A program made the position numbers and the translations under genes. DNA of 51,103 nucleotides from positions 1 through 51,103 of the IMG/VR virus record IMGVR_UViG_3300007094_000015. One strand, 5' to 3'. The DNA comes from a virus. Lineage: Duplodnaviria; Caudoviricetes. The notes under the pieces were generated by a model that was not told the DNA's origin, searched no databases, and worked only from the letters and a program-made list of their open reading frames with translations. Of this stretch, positions 8,606-17,955 are shown piece by piece. Position 1 is the first letter of the stretch; each line of letters opens with the position of its first letter.

Positions 8606-8758
8606 GACACTCCCTCCAGAATAGACACCTGCCCATGCGCAGGAGTTGCCGTCGAAACTAACGGCGGGTAAAACACAGATCCCGGCCAGAGATACGCGTC
8701 TCTTGCGCGTGTCTTGCCCGGCAGGTGGTTCGCGCCGCCTGCCGGGTCCGGGCTTTTC

Positions 8759-8786
8759 AAGATACCGACCGGATCGGCCGGGTCAA
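8759..8786 (-). promoter_or_regulatory. Putative sigma70 promoter for the xis-int-replication operon
   Basis: TTGACC-N16-TATCTT, with a GACC...GGTC inverted repeat across the -35 and spacer (possible operator). Confidence 0.45.
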
Positions 8787-8809
8787 TAGTTCGCGAAGCC
8801 AAAACCCCA

Positions 8810-9103
8810 CTACTGGCGGTTTTCTGCAGACTCGGCCGCCTTTTTCTGGATCAAAGTCAAGATAAACTGCCGATCCTTCTCTTTCTCCTCAACCAACCGC
8901 TCGACGGCCTGTTCTAGCGTCTGAGCATTCCGGTCGTATCCGGCCTGCAGCTGCAGTAGCCATGCGTCCGACCGAACGTAGACGCCGTAGACGATCAAGA
9001 ACAGGAGCACGGTCGTGTCGGATTTGGTGACCAGCCAGGACACCAGCTTCGACCAGAAACTCACGTCGCTATCAAGAATCTTGTCAGGAGAGAGCGCGTT
9101 CAC
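8810..9103 (-). CDS. Small membrane protein with coiled-coil C-terminus (holin-like)
   Basis: Hydrophobic segment TVLLFLIVYGVYV, charged coiled-coil tail, last gene of the virion operon. Confidence 0.45.
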   Translation of the reverse strand: MNALSPDKILDSDVSFWSKLVSWLVTKSDTTVLLFLIVYGVYVRSDAWLLQLQAGYDRNAQTLEQAVERLVEEKEKDRQFILTLIQKKAAESAENRQ

Positions 9104-10887
9104 GACGTATAATTCCTTGCGGCGTAGGTGCTCTGAAAGCCAGGCCCGGACGCAGTGCTGACACCCTTGGGATCACCTGTATCCCCGCGCACGCCGATCT
9201 TGTTGGCGCCACTGGAGTAGGTAGCCGTGTACCCCCGGACGTGGTTGCCCTCGAAAATCAGGTCGCTCGTCGTCAGCGCACCGACCGCCAGCGAATAGGT
9301 GTTGGTGCCGCGATCCAGCACGTTGCCGTAGACTCGATGTCCCGTGCCGCCTCGCAAATTGATCAGCGCGCCCATCACCGCCGGATTCGGCTGCGGCGAC
9401 TGCTCGTCTCCGTTGTATTGCGTAGCCGAGTTCAGCATGTGGCAGCGTTCTACGGTGATATTGTTGATCGGGTCGATGCCGTAGATCGGATTGCTGGTCA
9501 CGCCGTCGAACACCGTGTTGCGGCAAATGTGGTCGTGCTGAAAGACATTCTCCTGCTGTGTGGTGTAAACCACGCCTTGCCAGGAGCCCTGCACGCGACA
9601 GCCATCAATAAGCGAGCGACTGCCAGAGATCACGAAGCCTTTGTTTTCGTTCTTGGCTGGGCCAGCGGCAAAGGTTGGCGTGGTGCCTGACGTGAACTCG
9701 CAATCCCGGAAGGTTGTTCGTCGCGCGCGAGTGCTGAATCCTTGGCTGATATGTCGGCCGCCAGCGAAGACGCGGCAGCCTTGGAAGGTGACTCCGTAGC
9801 CCTCCGGGTGGCAGTCAAACGCAGATAGCGGCGAGCCCGCATTGTTGCCTCCGTGGTAGCAGGTCACATTGCGCACCGTCACGGCGAGCGGCGTGCCATA
9901 GCGATAGGTGGTGCCAGTGCTTTGACTTCCGCCGGTCGTGAAAACGTGGCGTGCGTTGTGCCAGAAACTGTCCTGGAACGTCAGGCCGTTGACGGCCTGC
10001 GCGACGACTCCATAGTCGACGGAACTGCGTGCAACGCTGAGGCCGGAGTAATTGGAAATCACCACGTCGGCAGACGCATTCACATTAAGCTCGCCGACGC
10101 TGGTGTCGTCGACATACACGTCTTCCACGCGAAACCCGTAGGTGCCGAAGACGCGGAACGCTTGGGTGACTGTCTCGCCCGGCAGGCCAGTCGACAAGTC
10201 TGGCGTTACGTTGCTGCCGACTGTCAGGTTGGCCAATCCGCAGTTCTTGAGCATGTCAATCTTAATGACGCGTGGCGTCGAGGTCATCGCGTCGGGCATG
10301 TGCCCGTCGATCACAGCATGCATGGTCGTCACGTTGTTGGCGTTGGTCGCGTAGACGTACTCCACGCGGTGCAAGCTGGCTGGTCGTTGCGTGCCGCCAG
10401 TAATGTGCGGGCTGACTTCGGGTATTGAGTCGTTCGCGTAGACCAACACCCAGTTGCCACGCCCGAGCGGAACGGTTGACCCGCTGACCTGCGTGCCACC
10501 GGCAGCTGTGCCATTCCAGGTGCCGTGCGTCAGATTCGGCGCTGCGGCCTGCGTCCACCACGCGTCGCTTCCGCCCCAGCACAGCGTATAGCCAGCGTTC
10601 AGCTGGAGCCGCGACTTGGTGGTTTCGCCCACGATAAACAGCGGCTTGAAGATGTTCACCTTGCCGGGGTAGTTGGCGTTAATCACGATCCCGTTGCTGT
10701 TCACCGCCACGCTGTTTGGCGTGCTCAAGATCAGCGACACGCCGTTGTCCGCGATCTCGATCACGCCTCCAGTGACTGGGATAGCGACCAACAGCGACTC
10801 AAACGCCACCGTATCGGCCGCGGTGTTGCCCGTCGGCGTAATCCGATAGCGAGCGCCGGTGAATCTGGATCCGATAGGTAGGCTCAT
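9100..10887 (-). CDS. Tailspike / right-handed beta-helix (pectate-lyase-like) receptor-binding protein
   Basis: Repeated beta-helix strands (VVISNY, LTFQDS, VTVRNV, VTFQGC, ITVERC, LIFEGNHV), RHVFTT and FDCHPEG motifs. Start at ATG 10887 gives an ATGA overlap with the upstream stop. Confidence 0.8.
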   Translation of the reverse strand: MSLPIGSRFTGARYRITPTGNTAADTVAFESLLVAIPVTGGVIEIADNGVSLILSTPNSVAVNSNGIVINANYPGKVNIFKPLFIVGETTKSRLQLNAGYTLCWGGSDAWWTQAAAPNLTHGTWNGTAAGGTQVSGSTVPLGRGNWVLVYANDSIPEVSPHITGGTQRPASLHRVEYVYATNANNVTTMHAVIDGHMPDAMTSTPRVIKIDMLKNCGLANLTVGSNVTPDLSTGLPGETVTQAFRVFGTYGFRVEDVYVDDTSVGELNVNASADVVISNYSGLSVARSSVDYGVVAQAVNGLTFQDSFWHNARHVFTTGGSQSTGTTYRYGTPLAVTVRNVTCYHGGNNAGSPLSAFDCHPEGYGVTFQGCRVFAGGRHISQGFSTRARRTTFRDCEFTSGTTPTFAAGPAKNENKGFVISGSRSLIDGCRVQGSWQGVVYTTQQENVFQHDHICRNTVFDGVTSNPIYGIDPINNITVERCHMLNSATQYNGDEQSPQPNPAVMGALINLRGGTGHRVYGNVLDRGTNTYSLAVGALTTSDLIFEGNHVRGYTATYSSGANKIGVRGDTGDPKGVSTASGPGFQSTYAARNYTS

Positions 10888-11651
10888 ATCTTGGGCTCGT
10901 ATAGTCCTTGAAGGATCATGCCAGCTTCCGCACGACCGTCGAGCCGCAGGGTATTCCAGGAGCAAGTGCCTGCTGACCAACTGACCGAGATGTCGAGGCT
11001 GCTCATCAGCACGCCGTCAATCCAGATCATGCCGTCCATCGCTGTGTTGGCGGTCGTGAAATTGCAGTAGCGGTTGCTGATGTCCGTAGAAGTAAGCGTG
11101 TACTCTGACAGCAGTCGCATCGGCTGGCTGACCAGCGGCCTCACCTGTGCGTCGACGTTGCCGCCGACGATTCGCAGGATATACAGGATTGGCGGCGCGC
11201 CCTTGGCTGCGTCGCCGGGACGCGTCGGAACGTATGTATTAGCTGAGTTGTCCCACCAAAGCAGCCGCCCGCTGGCTGCAATGTTGTAGTTTGCGCCACC
11301 TTGCAGCAGCGAGACGGGCAACGTGACGTGTGCGCCGGGCAGGGCCACGATCAGGTTGTTGGCGTCGGTGACATGGGCCAGGATCGAGGTGGGAAACGTG
11401 GTGACCGCCGTGTCGTTGTAGATGGCCGACTGAAATAGCGGCTTGCCCACGTCCCCGGCAGTTCGGCCGTGGCTCGTCTGCGCGTAAAACTGATAGCTCA
11501 GCGACCGCTCCAGAATGTCGTAAGACGCGCTCTGTGGTATGCCGAGGTTGTTTACGTCGACCACAAACCGATTGGCAATCGGCAGGAACATGGCCGACTT
11601 GTCCTTCAAGTCGGCCAGTGTGTGCGTCGTTTTGACTGCGATCCGCGTCAT
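10884..11651 (-). CDS. Putative tail/fibre structural protein
   Basis: Beta-rich 255 aa, translationally coupled between adaptor-region genes and the tailspike. Confidence 0.45.
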   Translation of the reverse strand: MTRIAVKTTHTLADLKDKSAMFLPIANRFVVDVNNLGIPQSASYDILERSLSYQFYAQTSHGRTAGDVGKPLFQSAIYNDTAVTTFPTSILAHVTDANNLIVALPGAHVTLPVSLLQGGANYNIAASGRLLWWDNSANTYVPTRPGDAAKGAPPILYILRIVGGNVDAQVRPLVSQPMRLLSEYTLTSTDISNRYCNFTTANTAMDGMIWIDGVLMSSLDISVSWSAGTCSWNTLRLDGRAEAGMILQGLYEPKI

Positions 11652-11652
11652 G

Positions 11653-11994
11653 CTAGGCCTTCAGGATCAGAGTGTACGCAACCGAATCGCCGCTGCTAAT
11701 TGCGCTGGCCACGATCTTGACCCAGGCGGCCGGAGCCAGCGCCGGTGGGAGTCGCTTGGCTTTGCCGCCACTAGCCACACCTGTGACGTTGGTCGTGCCG
11801 TCGTACTCAAGCACCGGAACGTAGGTGCCCAGCTCCGAGTCACTGACGTAGTACGTCAGCGTGACCGACGCAGCTTCCGTGCTCGGTGGAATGACGTAGC
11901 CATACTCGCAGTCGGCAAACGAAAACGGCTGGCTGTTAGCCAGCGTGGTTCCAACCTGCGTTGATCCGATCGTGGAGTTGCGCTCAACCAGCAT
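11653..11994 (-). CDS. Small beta-sandwich virion protein
   Basis: 113 aa, beta-rich, tightly packed in the structural operon. Confidence 0.45.
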   Translation of the reverse strand: MLVERNSTIGSTQVGTTLANSQPFSFADCEYGYVIPPSTEAASVTLTYYVSDSELGTYVPVLEYDGTTNVTGVASGGKAKRLPPALAPAAWVKIVASAISSGDSVAYTLILKA

Positions 11995-12001
11995 GTAGCA
12001 C

Positions 12002-12784
12002 CTAACCTAGTGGGAATTTGTCGTACACGATAACGCGCGGCACGCGCACATAGGGATCTTCGCGGCGATCGCTGCTGTCGCCGTTGTATCCGATGGTCGA
12101 AGGCGAGTTAGCTCGCCGGTCGAAGTCGACACTGGCTTGGAGCTGCGTCAGGAAGTCCTCGTATTTGACTCCGCGAGCGTCGTCTAAAAACGACTCTGCA
12201 GCCGCCAGGCAGCTAGCTCGGATTGTCTCAGCGTGTTCGCGTCCGCCAAGAGGCACAGACACGTCGCAGCTTAAGTCAAGCTGACGAGCGTAGTAGCGGT
12301 ATGTGATCTGGTAGTCGTTGTCAGGCAGCGGCCAGACCATCAGACGGTATCGCTGCTCCGCCGTGCCGTCGCTCTGGATCGGCACGATGGCTGCTTCCTG
12401 CGGATAGCTCGAAGTCGTGGTGTACCAATCCCGCTGACGCAGCTCCAAGATGCGACCCTCGTTTACCTGCCGGATGCGGCGAGGTGCGAAGTCCTGCGCG
12501 ACGTAAAAGAGGTCGCCGTCGAGGTCGCCGAAATCTTCGGGGAGCGTGTAATCGCCTGTCCCTGACGTAAGTGTCAGCGTGCCCAGCGGTCGCAGGAAAC
12601 TCCACTGGTGGCTTTGCCGCTCGCCCGGCAGTCGTGGCGGCCGATAGAACTGCCGCAGGCCAATCGACAGTACCGTGTCTACGTCCTCCGCCTCGCTGTC
12701 TGACCAGTTGTCGCCCTCGCGGTCAAACCCGAGATAGCGGGCAACGTCGCGGCGCAGTGATTCGCGGGTGACAGACAGGCTCAT
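12002..12784 (-). CDS. Head-tail adaptor (tail tubular protein A / gp11-like)
   Basis: HQWSFL...LTLTSGTGDYTLPEDF...VWPLPDNDYQITYRY pattern of podoviral adaptors; located downstream of the capsid genes. Confidence 0.7.
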   Translation of the reverse strand: MSLSVTRESLRRDVARYLGFDREGDNWSDSEAEDVDTVLSIGLRQFYRPPRLPGERQSHQWSFLRPLGTLTLTSGTGDYTLPEDFGDLDGDLFYVAQDFAPRRIRQVNEGRILELRQRDWYTTTSSYPQEAAIVPIQSDGTAEQRYRLMVWPLPDNDYQITYRYYARQLDLSCDVSVPLGGREHAETIRASCLAAAESFLDDARGVKYEDFLTQLQASVDFDRRANSPSTIGYNGDSSDRREDPYVRVPRVIVYDKFPLG

Positions 12785-13011
12785 AGCGTTTCATCCACGA
12801 CGACTGTACGCTGACGAGGAATTGGCCGGACGCCACCTACAGTGACGACGCAGCCCTTCGGGTCAAGTTCGACCACCGTCTCGCGGTCAAGGAGATGGCC
12901 TTCGCCGATAGCTTCGATGCCCACCTCGTCGCAGATCGACTCGATCTTGCGCAGCGGCAGCTGGTCGCGCAGCCAATCAGCCAGGAATACTTTGGTCGTA
13001 GGTGCAGGCAT
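12781..13011 (-). CDS. Hypothetical protein
   Basis: 76 aa with an ATGA overlap with the adaptor gene. Confidence 0.55.
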   Translation of the reverse strand: MPAPTTKVFLADWLRDQLPLRKIESICDEVGIEAIGEGHLLDRETVVELDPKGCVVTVGGVRPIPRQRTVVVDETL

Positions 13012-13020
13012 GTGTATTCA

Positions 13021-13045
13021 GCCCGGTGGCAGGTCGCCACCGGGC
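13021..13045 (-). terminator. Hairpin after capsid/cement genes (terminator or mRNA stabiliser)
   Basis: Perfect 10-bp stem GCCCGGTGGC-AGGTC-GCCACCGGGC; no strong U tract. Confidence 0.55.
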
Positions 13046-13058
13046 CGCCCTCCAGGTG

Positions 13059-13556
13059 TTAACCCTTTACGCCACAGATCGTGACCAGTCGGACCGACGC
13101 ATCTGCGTCTGCCGAGCTGTCTACGGTTTCGGCCGCGATGGCCACCGACCGACGCGAGTACAGGTTACTCGTCGCGGTCGCGTCAGCGGCGAGGTGCCAC
13201 TTTGCGTCGACCGGCTGGAGCACCGTCGTACCCGTGACGGCGTTCGCCTTCACGCGAGCCTTGAGAAAGTCACCGCGCCGCACGCGGGCAATCGTGGCGT
13301 ACCCCTTGGTGGAGTTAGCCGTTTCGCCCATGCGCTTCTGCGGGACCGACACTACGATCCCGGCGAAGAACTCCAGGTTGGCCGTGGCGGGCTTTGCCAC
13401 TGTCCGGCCTTTCTGGTTTTCCTTCCACTCGGTCGGCGTCTCACTGGCTGTCGGGTCATAGCACACGGCATAACCCACCTTCAGCTCCTCGCTGCCACCG
13501 TAGTAGACGATCTCAGTGTCGAGAGATCGCTGACCGTCTCGTTGGACAATATGCAT
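13059..13556 (-). CDS. Capsid decoration/cement protein (putative)
   Basis: SD TAAGGAG before ATG 13556; small, Ala/Thr/Val-rich; directly follows the capsid gene. Confidence 0.55.
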   Translation of the reverse strand: MHIVQRDGQRSLDTEIVYYGGSEELKVGYAVCYDPTASETPTEWKENQKGRTVAKPATANLEFFAGIVVSVPQKRMGETANSTKGYATIARVRRGDFLKARVKANAVTGTTVLQPVDAKWHLAADATATSNLYSRRSVAIAAETVDSSADADASVRLVTICGVKG

Positions 13557-13567
13557 GGCTCTGCTCC

Positions 13568-14671
13568 TTACACCAGCTGGCTCAGATGGAAGTTCTGGCG
13601 ACGATTGAAACACTGGAACTGCATCCAGCTATCCCAGTGAATATGCCGCACCGAGTGCTGATTCGGAGCGATCAAGGGCTTGCTGCGAACCATGAACTTG
13701 CCCGTCTTGAACACCATTCGGAACGACCGGCGGTCAATTCCGTAGATCGGGTTTTTGCCGTAGTGGTTCGTGGCGTCAGTGCCGGTCGGGTCCGAGTTGG
13801 CGTCCAGCCACGGCACCCAGGTCATGGGCGTGCGGCGGAACATCACGTCACCGTCCTTGCTCGCAACGTCGTTGCCGAGGTTGTCGTTCTGCGCCTCAAG
13901 CATCTCCTCCATACGCTGGATCACCTCGTAGGTGGTGGCCAGACGGTAGCGAGGAGCGTTCGCGCCTTCCGGTGACGGATGAGCGATGGGAGCGCGGAAA
14001 TTACACTTCACGACGGCTTCGCGCAGACGGCGGATAAGATCCTTCTTGTCCATGATTCGGAAGCCAGCCGTGTAGTTTCGCCAACGAGGGTAGGTCGTGG
14101 GCGACAAACCAGCGACAGTTGCGTGACCACCACCAAGCGGCAGGGAGCCGTTGAATCCGGTCGTCGCGTTTCGCGTGATCCAGTACGGCACGCCGAGAGG
14201 ACGCTTCTGCTCCTCATCGTCCGTGGTGTTGGCCGGAAGACCCCAGAAGTTATCTTCCATGAGTTCCGCGAAACTGGTCAGCGCGTCGTGGCGACGCACC
14301 TGCAGCAGGTTGACGATGCGGTTGGCGTTCGGGCTGTTGAAGCCCTCTTCGTCCACGTCGTACGCCATGCTGCACGTCTGCTTCGTCCAGCCGACAGTGC
14401 AGTGACGCATGTTGTCACTGACTTTCACGTCATCCACGGCGTACAGGCCAGTGTTCTTCGCACCGCCCGTGTTGCGGACCTTCACCTGCCACTGCAGACG
14501 CTCACCGCCGTCGACGCCGATTCGGTCGCCGAGCAGCATGTTCTCGTAAGCAAAGTAGCGCTGAAGCTCAGTCGAAATATCTACCCACTTGTCTTTCTCG
14601 AAATGGTTGAGCGTCAGCTCAACCAGATCGTCGATGTCCGTGGGCAGCAAGCCAGTCGTGTAATTTGGCAT
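13568..14671 (-). CDS. Major capsid protein (HK97 fold)
   Basis: 367 aa after scaffold and portal; GGERLQWQV, ..GL.....PRWRN.. and P-domain-like C-terminus (QFQCFNRRQN). Confidence 0.8.
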   Translation of the reverse strand: MPNYTTGLLPTDIDDLVELTLNHFEKDKWVDISTELQRYFAYENMLLGDRIGVDGGERLQWQVKVRNTGGAKNTGLYAVDDVKVSDNMRHCTVGWTKQTCSMAYDVDEEGFNSPNANRIVNLLQVRRHDALTSFAELMEDNFWGLPANTTDDEEQKRPLGVPYWITRNATTGFNGSLPLGGGHATVAGLSPTTYPRWRNYTAGFRIMDKKDLIRRLREAVVKCNFRAPIAHPSPEGANAPRYRLATTYEVIQRMEEMLEAQNDNLGNDVASKDGDVMFRRTPMTWVPWLDANSDPTGTDATNHYGKNPIYGIDRRSFRMVFKTGKFMVRSKPLIAPNQHSVRHIHWDSWMQFQCFNRRQNFHLSQLV

Positions 14672-14686
14672 GTTGCATCCCTTCTA

Positions 14687-15553
14687 TTAGCGGTTCAGCT
14701 TGCTGTTGATGGCAGCCTGAATCGCGTCAACGGTTCGTATTGAGAGGCCAGTTTCCGGGTCGCGTTCGAGGTTAGCCGAGGCCCGGCCAGATGGACGACC
14801 GATTGTCGTCTTGGCGCGGCTCTTAGCCTTGTCGGCGATGACCTTTTTCTGCTGGGTTTCTGACACCCAGGAGAAACTGGATCGCATCGCACGCTCGAAC
14901 AGGTCTTCGTCCTTGGCTTGTGGGTAGGCTGTCTTCAGAGCATTAAAGCTGCGAAACAACTCGACACGATTGCGAACCTCGTTGGAGGACTCTGCAAATC
15001 GGTCGATACCACCCTTGCCAAAAACGGAATCGTAGCCGTCGCCCAGTTCGGAAACTTTTGCGTCGAACCAGCGGGATAAGTTGTCGCCAGTCAGACTACC
15101 CGGCGCGCCCGTCTGCTGTAAAGACGAAGTTAGGGCTTCGATCTGTGCAGCGTAAAACTCGTTCATCTGCTGAAGCTGCTCGACGAGGTGATCGTCGTAG
15201 GTGTCATCCAGATCCAGCTCGAACATTTGGCCCGGCGTCGGCTTGGCTGCAAAGCGCCCCTGCTCGTCACGCAGCTGCTCCTGCTTGCCGTAGAAGTCGA
15301 TGGCCTTGCGGTCGAGAGCCGCGACCAAACGCTCCACGGCCGGAGCATCGAGCCCCTCCAGCTCTTCGTCGGTGAAGCCAGACGCCTTGGCCGCCTCCAG
15401 AATGGCGTCGGCTGGGTCGGCGGCGGGCTCAGGTGCAGCAGCCTGCGGCTCCTGCTTGGTTGCGGCAGCCAGGACAGCGGACAGGTCCGGCACGTCGTCC
15501 GGCCTGCTGTCGTCGAGCGGCGTGGTCGGCGGATCGAGAGTGTGGTGGGTCAT
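14687..15553 (-). CDS. Scaffolding protein (putative)
   Basis: Acidic, helical, low-complexity; RDEQGRF motif; basic C-terminus; directly before the capsid gene. Confidence 0.65.
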   Translation of the reverse strand: MTHHTLDPPTTPLDDSRPDDVPDLSAVLAAATKQEPQAAAPEPAADPADAILEAAKASGFTDEELEGLDAPAVERLVAALDRKAIDFYGKQEQLRDEQGRFAAKPTPGQMFELDLDDTYDDHLVEQLQQMNEFYAAQIEALTSSLQQTGAPGSLTGDNLSRWFDAKVSELGDGYDSVFGKGGIDRFAESSNEVRNRVELFRSFNALKTAYPQAKDEDLFERAMRSSFSWVSETQQKKVIADKAKSRAKTTIGRPSGRASANLERDPETGLSIRTVDAIQAAINSKLNR

Positions 15554-15819
15554 TTGGAATACCCGTTCTTGAAATGGACGCCGTGAGCCTTGCGGTACTC
15601 GTAGTAGTGCCTCGCATCACGCATGAGCGGAGCCCCGTCTTCTCGGTAATCGGTCGGGACTCCGCGACTACGGTCGTACTCGCGGGCTTCGGCGATCTGT
15701 GCTGGGTGGACTGCGAGGCTGTTTAGTGGCAGCGGATATTGGGGCAGCCACTGGTGGACAGTGCGTTCCACCTCGACTACCTCGCCCTTATCTGCGTCGT
15801 AGCGAAAAAATCGAGCCAT
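15550..15819 (-). CDS. Hypothetical protein between portal and scaffold
   Basis: 89 aa, coupled by overlapping start/stop codons on both sides. Confidence 0.6.
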   Translation of the reverse strand: MARFFRYDADKGEVVEVERTVHQWLPQYPLPLNSLAVHPAQIAEAREYDRSRGVPTDYREDGAPLMRDARHYYEYRKAHGVHFKNGYSK

Positions 15820-17597
15820 CAGGTTCCCGTTGGCCGCGTGATAGCAGCCTGCTCCGATTGCTGGGGGTTGCCGCCACTCAAAAGCTGCATCATCGTTCGC
15901 GCGTTACCCTGCGCGCTCGCTCCTGGGCGACTGACCCGTTCGTAGGTGCGGTGGCTGACCTGCGGGGCTCCGCCCGCCTCGTCCGGGCTCTGCATGACTG
16001 GCGCGGCAAACTCGAAGAGGTTGACCAGCTCCGGCAGATCCATGTATTTGCCAAGCAATTCAAACAGCGACTGGAGCTTGAGGTCGACCCCCTGCCCCTG
16101 CAGCACAGGCAGCATTGGGAACACGACCTCCGCCAGTAGTTGCCGGATGTCGGCGGCTCGCTCACCCGGCGAGCGGTATTGCATCGAGTAGGGCTGGATC
16201 TCGACGCCAAAATCACCAAGCGAAAACGCCCGGTCGCCCGGCGTCATTTCAGCCAGCATCTCGACGCCGGTGCCAGCAATCGGACGCATCGCCGAGTAGC
16301 TTTTCAGCGGGTCGTTGATGACGTGGTGAATCAGTGTCCGAATCACCTCCACGGTGGCATCGACGACGACGAGCGACATCTTGGCCGCCTTGCGAGAGAC
16401 GGTGGACGTAAGCATGGCGTCCTGCCTCGCGGTATCGGCCTGCGGACCAAGGCCGCCCAGCGCGTCGATATTCCCAGCGATCTCGCCGTACGCCTGCCGA
16501 ACCTGGAGCGCAAAAGCCATATTTTCCTGGCTGGCTCCGCCAAAGCTGATTTCGGTGACGGTGTCCGGGTTGCTCACGCCCACCAGATCACCGTCGTTTG
16601 CCTTGCGGATCTTGTCCGCTTCGTCAGCTTCACCAGCGCGATACAGGCCAAGCGTCTTCTGTCGCTGGGCCTGACGGACCATCTTGCGGTACAGGCCGTT
16701 CAGCGTCTTGTTGAGACTTTTCAGGAGCGCGCCGGGCGGCAATGGCATTGCGTTGCCCGGCACATCGTGGAACCGCAGGACGTGATACGGGCTGTTACTA
16801 GCACCACTCCACTCGACCACCTTGAGCGGCGCGAGAACCTCCGGCGCGTCTGGGATCGTGACAATGATCCCTTCCTCTGGCAGAGCAATGTCCCACACCT
16901 CTGCCTGCGTGCGAAAACTTTCCTCTTGCTGGTTTTCGCTGGTCTGTGTGATTGAGATTGTGCTGGCTCGGTCACCGTCATCACGCGACACGTCGGAGTT
17001 AAATGGCTTCACCGCCGCCTTCGCCTGCACGTCGTACTCGCCGGACCGGATCAGGGCCTCGTAATCGACCTTGTATCTGTCGCCGAGGAAGGTGATGCGT
17101 TCCCAAGAATTGGCGTCTGTATCAAACACGAAGTCGTCGAAGTCGACGACCTCCGCAAAATAGTCTTGGCCCGGCAGCGGCTCGCCCGGCACCAGCTCCA
17201 CATACCCTGAGTCGACCAGCCCGCACTTCAGCACGCCACAGCAGAACATGGCCTCCTGCACCCATCGCCGCAGCGTCTTGTCGAACCGCATGTCGGCCAG
17301 CTCTTTATTGACGATTGCCTCCAGGTCAGCGATGTCTGGCAGCAGGTCGAGCCGCGTGGTGGGCAGCAAAACCTTGGGATTGGATCCAGCCAGCAGCATC
17401 AGGTAAATCTCGACGGTCAGCGCGAGCATGTTGACCGGCTGATCTTCGGTGTAGTTCGCATTGTCGCCGTAGTACGGGCCAGCGTACTCGCGCACCAAGT
17501 CGCGTCGCTGACGCCGGAACGAATCCAGCTTGCGATAGCTGGCGCGCACAGCTTTATTCAGGCGGCGGATCTGAGTTGCGTCGTAGGGATCGAACAT
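15819..17597 (-). CDS. Portal protein (podovirus-type)
   Basis: About 590 aa; DFVFD, PYH.L.F..VPG...P.P, LGGLG....TA.Q motifs; Gln-rich tail; upstream of scaffold and capsid. Start at ATG 17597 after GAGG. Confidence 0.8.
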   Translation of the reverse strand: MFDPYDATQIRRLNKAVRASYRKLDSFRRQRRDLVREYAGPYYGDNANYTEDQPVNMLALTVEIYLMLLAGSNPKVLLPTTRLDLLPDIADLEAIVNKELADMRFDKTLRRWVQEAMFCCGVLKCGLVDSGYVELVPGEPLPGQDYFAEVVDFDDFVFDTDANSWERITFLGDRYKVDYEALIRSGEYDVQAKAAVKPFNSDVSRDDGDRASTISITQTSENQQEESFRTQAEVWDIALPEEGIIVTIPDAPEVLAPLKVVEWSGASNSPYHVLRFHDVPGNAMPLPPGALLKSLNKTLNGLYRKMVRQAQRQKTLGLYRAGEADEADKIRKANDGDLVGVSNPDTVTEISFGGASQENMAFALQVRQAYGEIAGNIDALGGLGPQADTARQDAMLTSTVSRKAAKMSLVVVDATVEVIRTLIHHVINDPLKSYSAMRPIAGTGVEMLAEMTPGDRAFSLGDFGVEIQPYSMQYRSPGERAADIRQLLAEVVFPMLPVLQGQGVDLKLQSLFELLGKYMDLPELVNLFEFAAPVMQSPDEAGGAPQVSHRTYERVSRPGASAQGNARTMMQLLSGGNPQQSEQAAITRPTGT

Positions 17598-17604
17598 TGG
17601 CACC

Positions 17605-17955
17605 TCAGTCGTTGGGTAAGCCACCACGCACGATTTTGATCCGAGGCTCCATGCGCCACGTCCGCACCGTGTCTTGTTTTTGGATCTGGACTTCGAGGAT
17701 TACTGTCTGCGGGTCGAGGTCGACGGTGTCCTCGCCGTTCACCCACGCAATCACTACGCCGTTGAGCCAATCGCTGCCGGTTGTCGTGCTTTGCACTACC
17801 CACGGACCGGCTATCAACTCACCGCTGCCATCACTGGCCAGAAATCCAGCGGTGACGACCGTCCCCGGTGTTACCGGCTCAGGGACGGATCCGACTCGCA
17901 ATTCAGCTCGCATCGGCACGGAGTCACCAGTGACGTATTCGCTATAGTCCCTCAT
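17605..17955 (-). CDS. Small beta-rich virion/tail accessory protein
   Basis: ATG 17955 overlaps the upstream stop (ATGA); YVTGDS...LEVQI pattern. Confidence 0.5.
   Translation of the reverse strand: MRDYSEYVTGDSVPMRAELRVGSVPEPVTPGTVVTAGFLASDGSGELIAGPWVVQSTTTGSDWLNGVVIAWVNGEDTVDLDPQTVILEVQIQKQDTVRTWRMEPRIKIVRGGLPND

Noticed and set aside
11508-15403. Further ATTCTGGAG matches at ~11508 and ~15394 (also a partial one at ~50587)
   Set aside because: In-frame Ile-Leu-Glu/Asp codons in mid-gene without the CTAG part; explained by codon usage.
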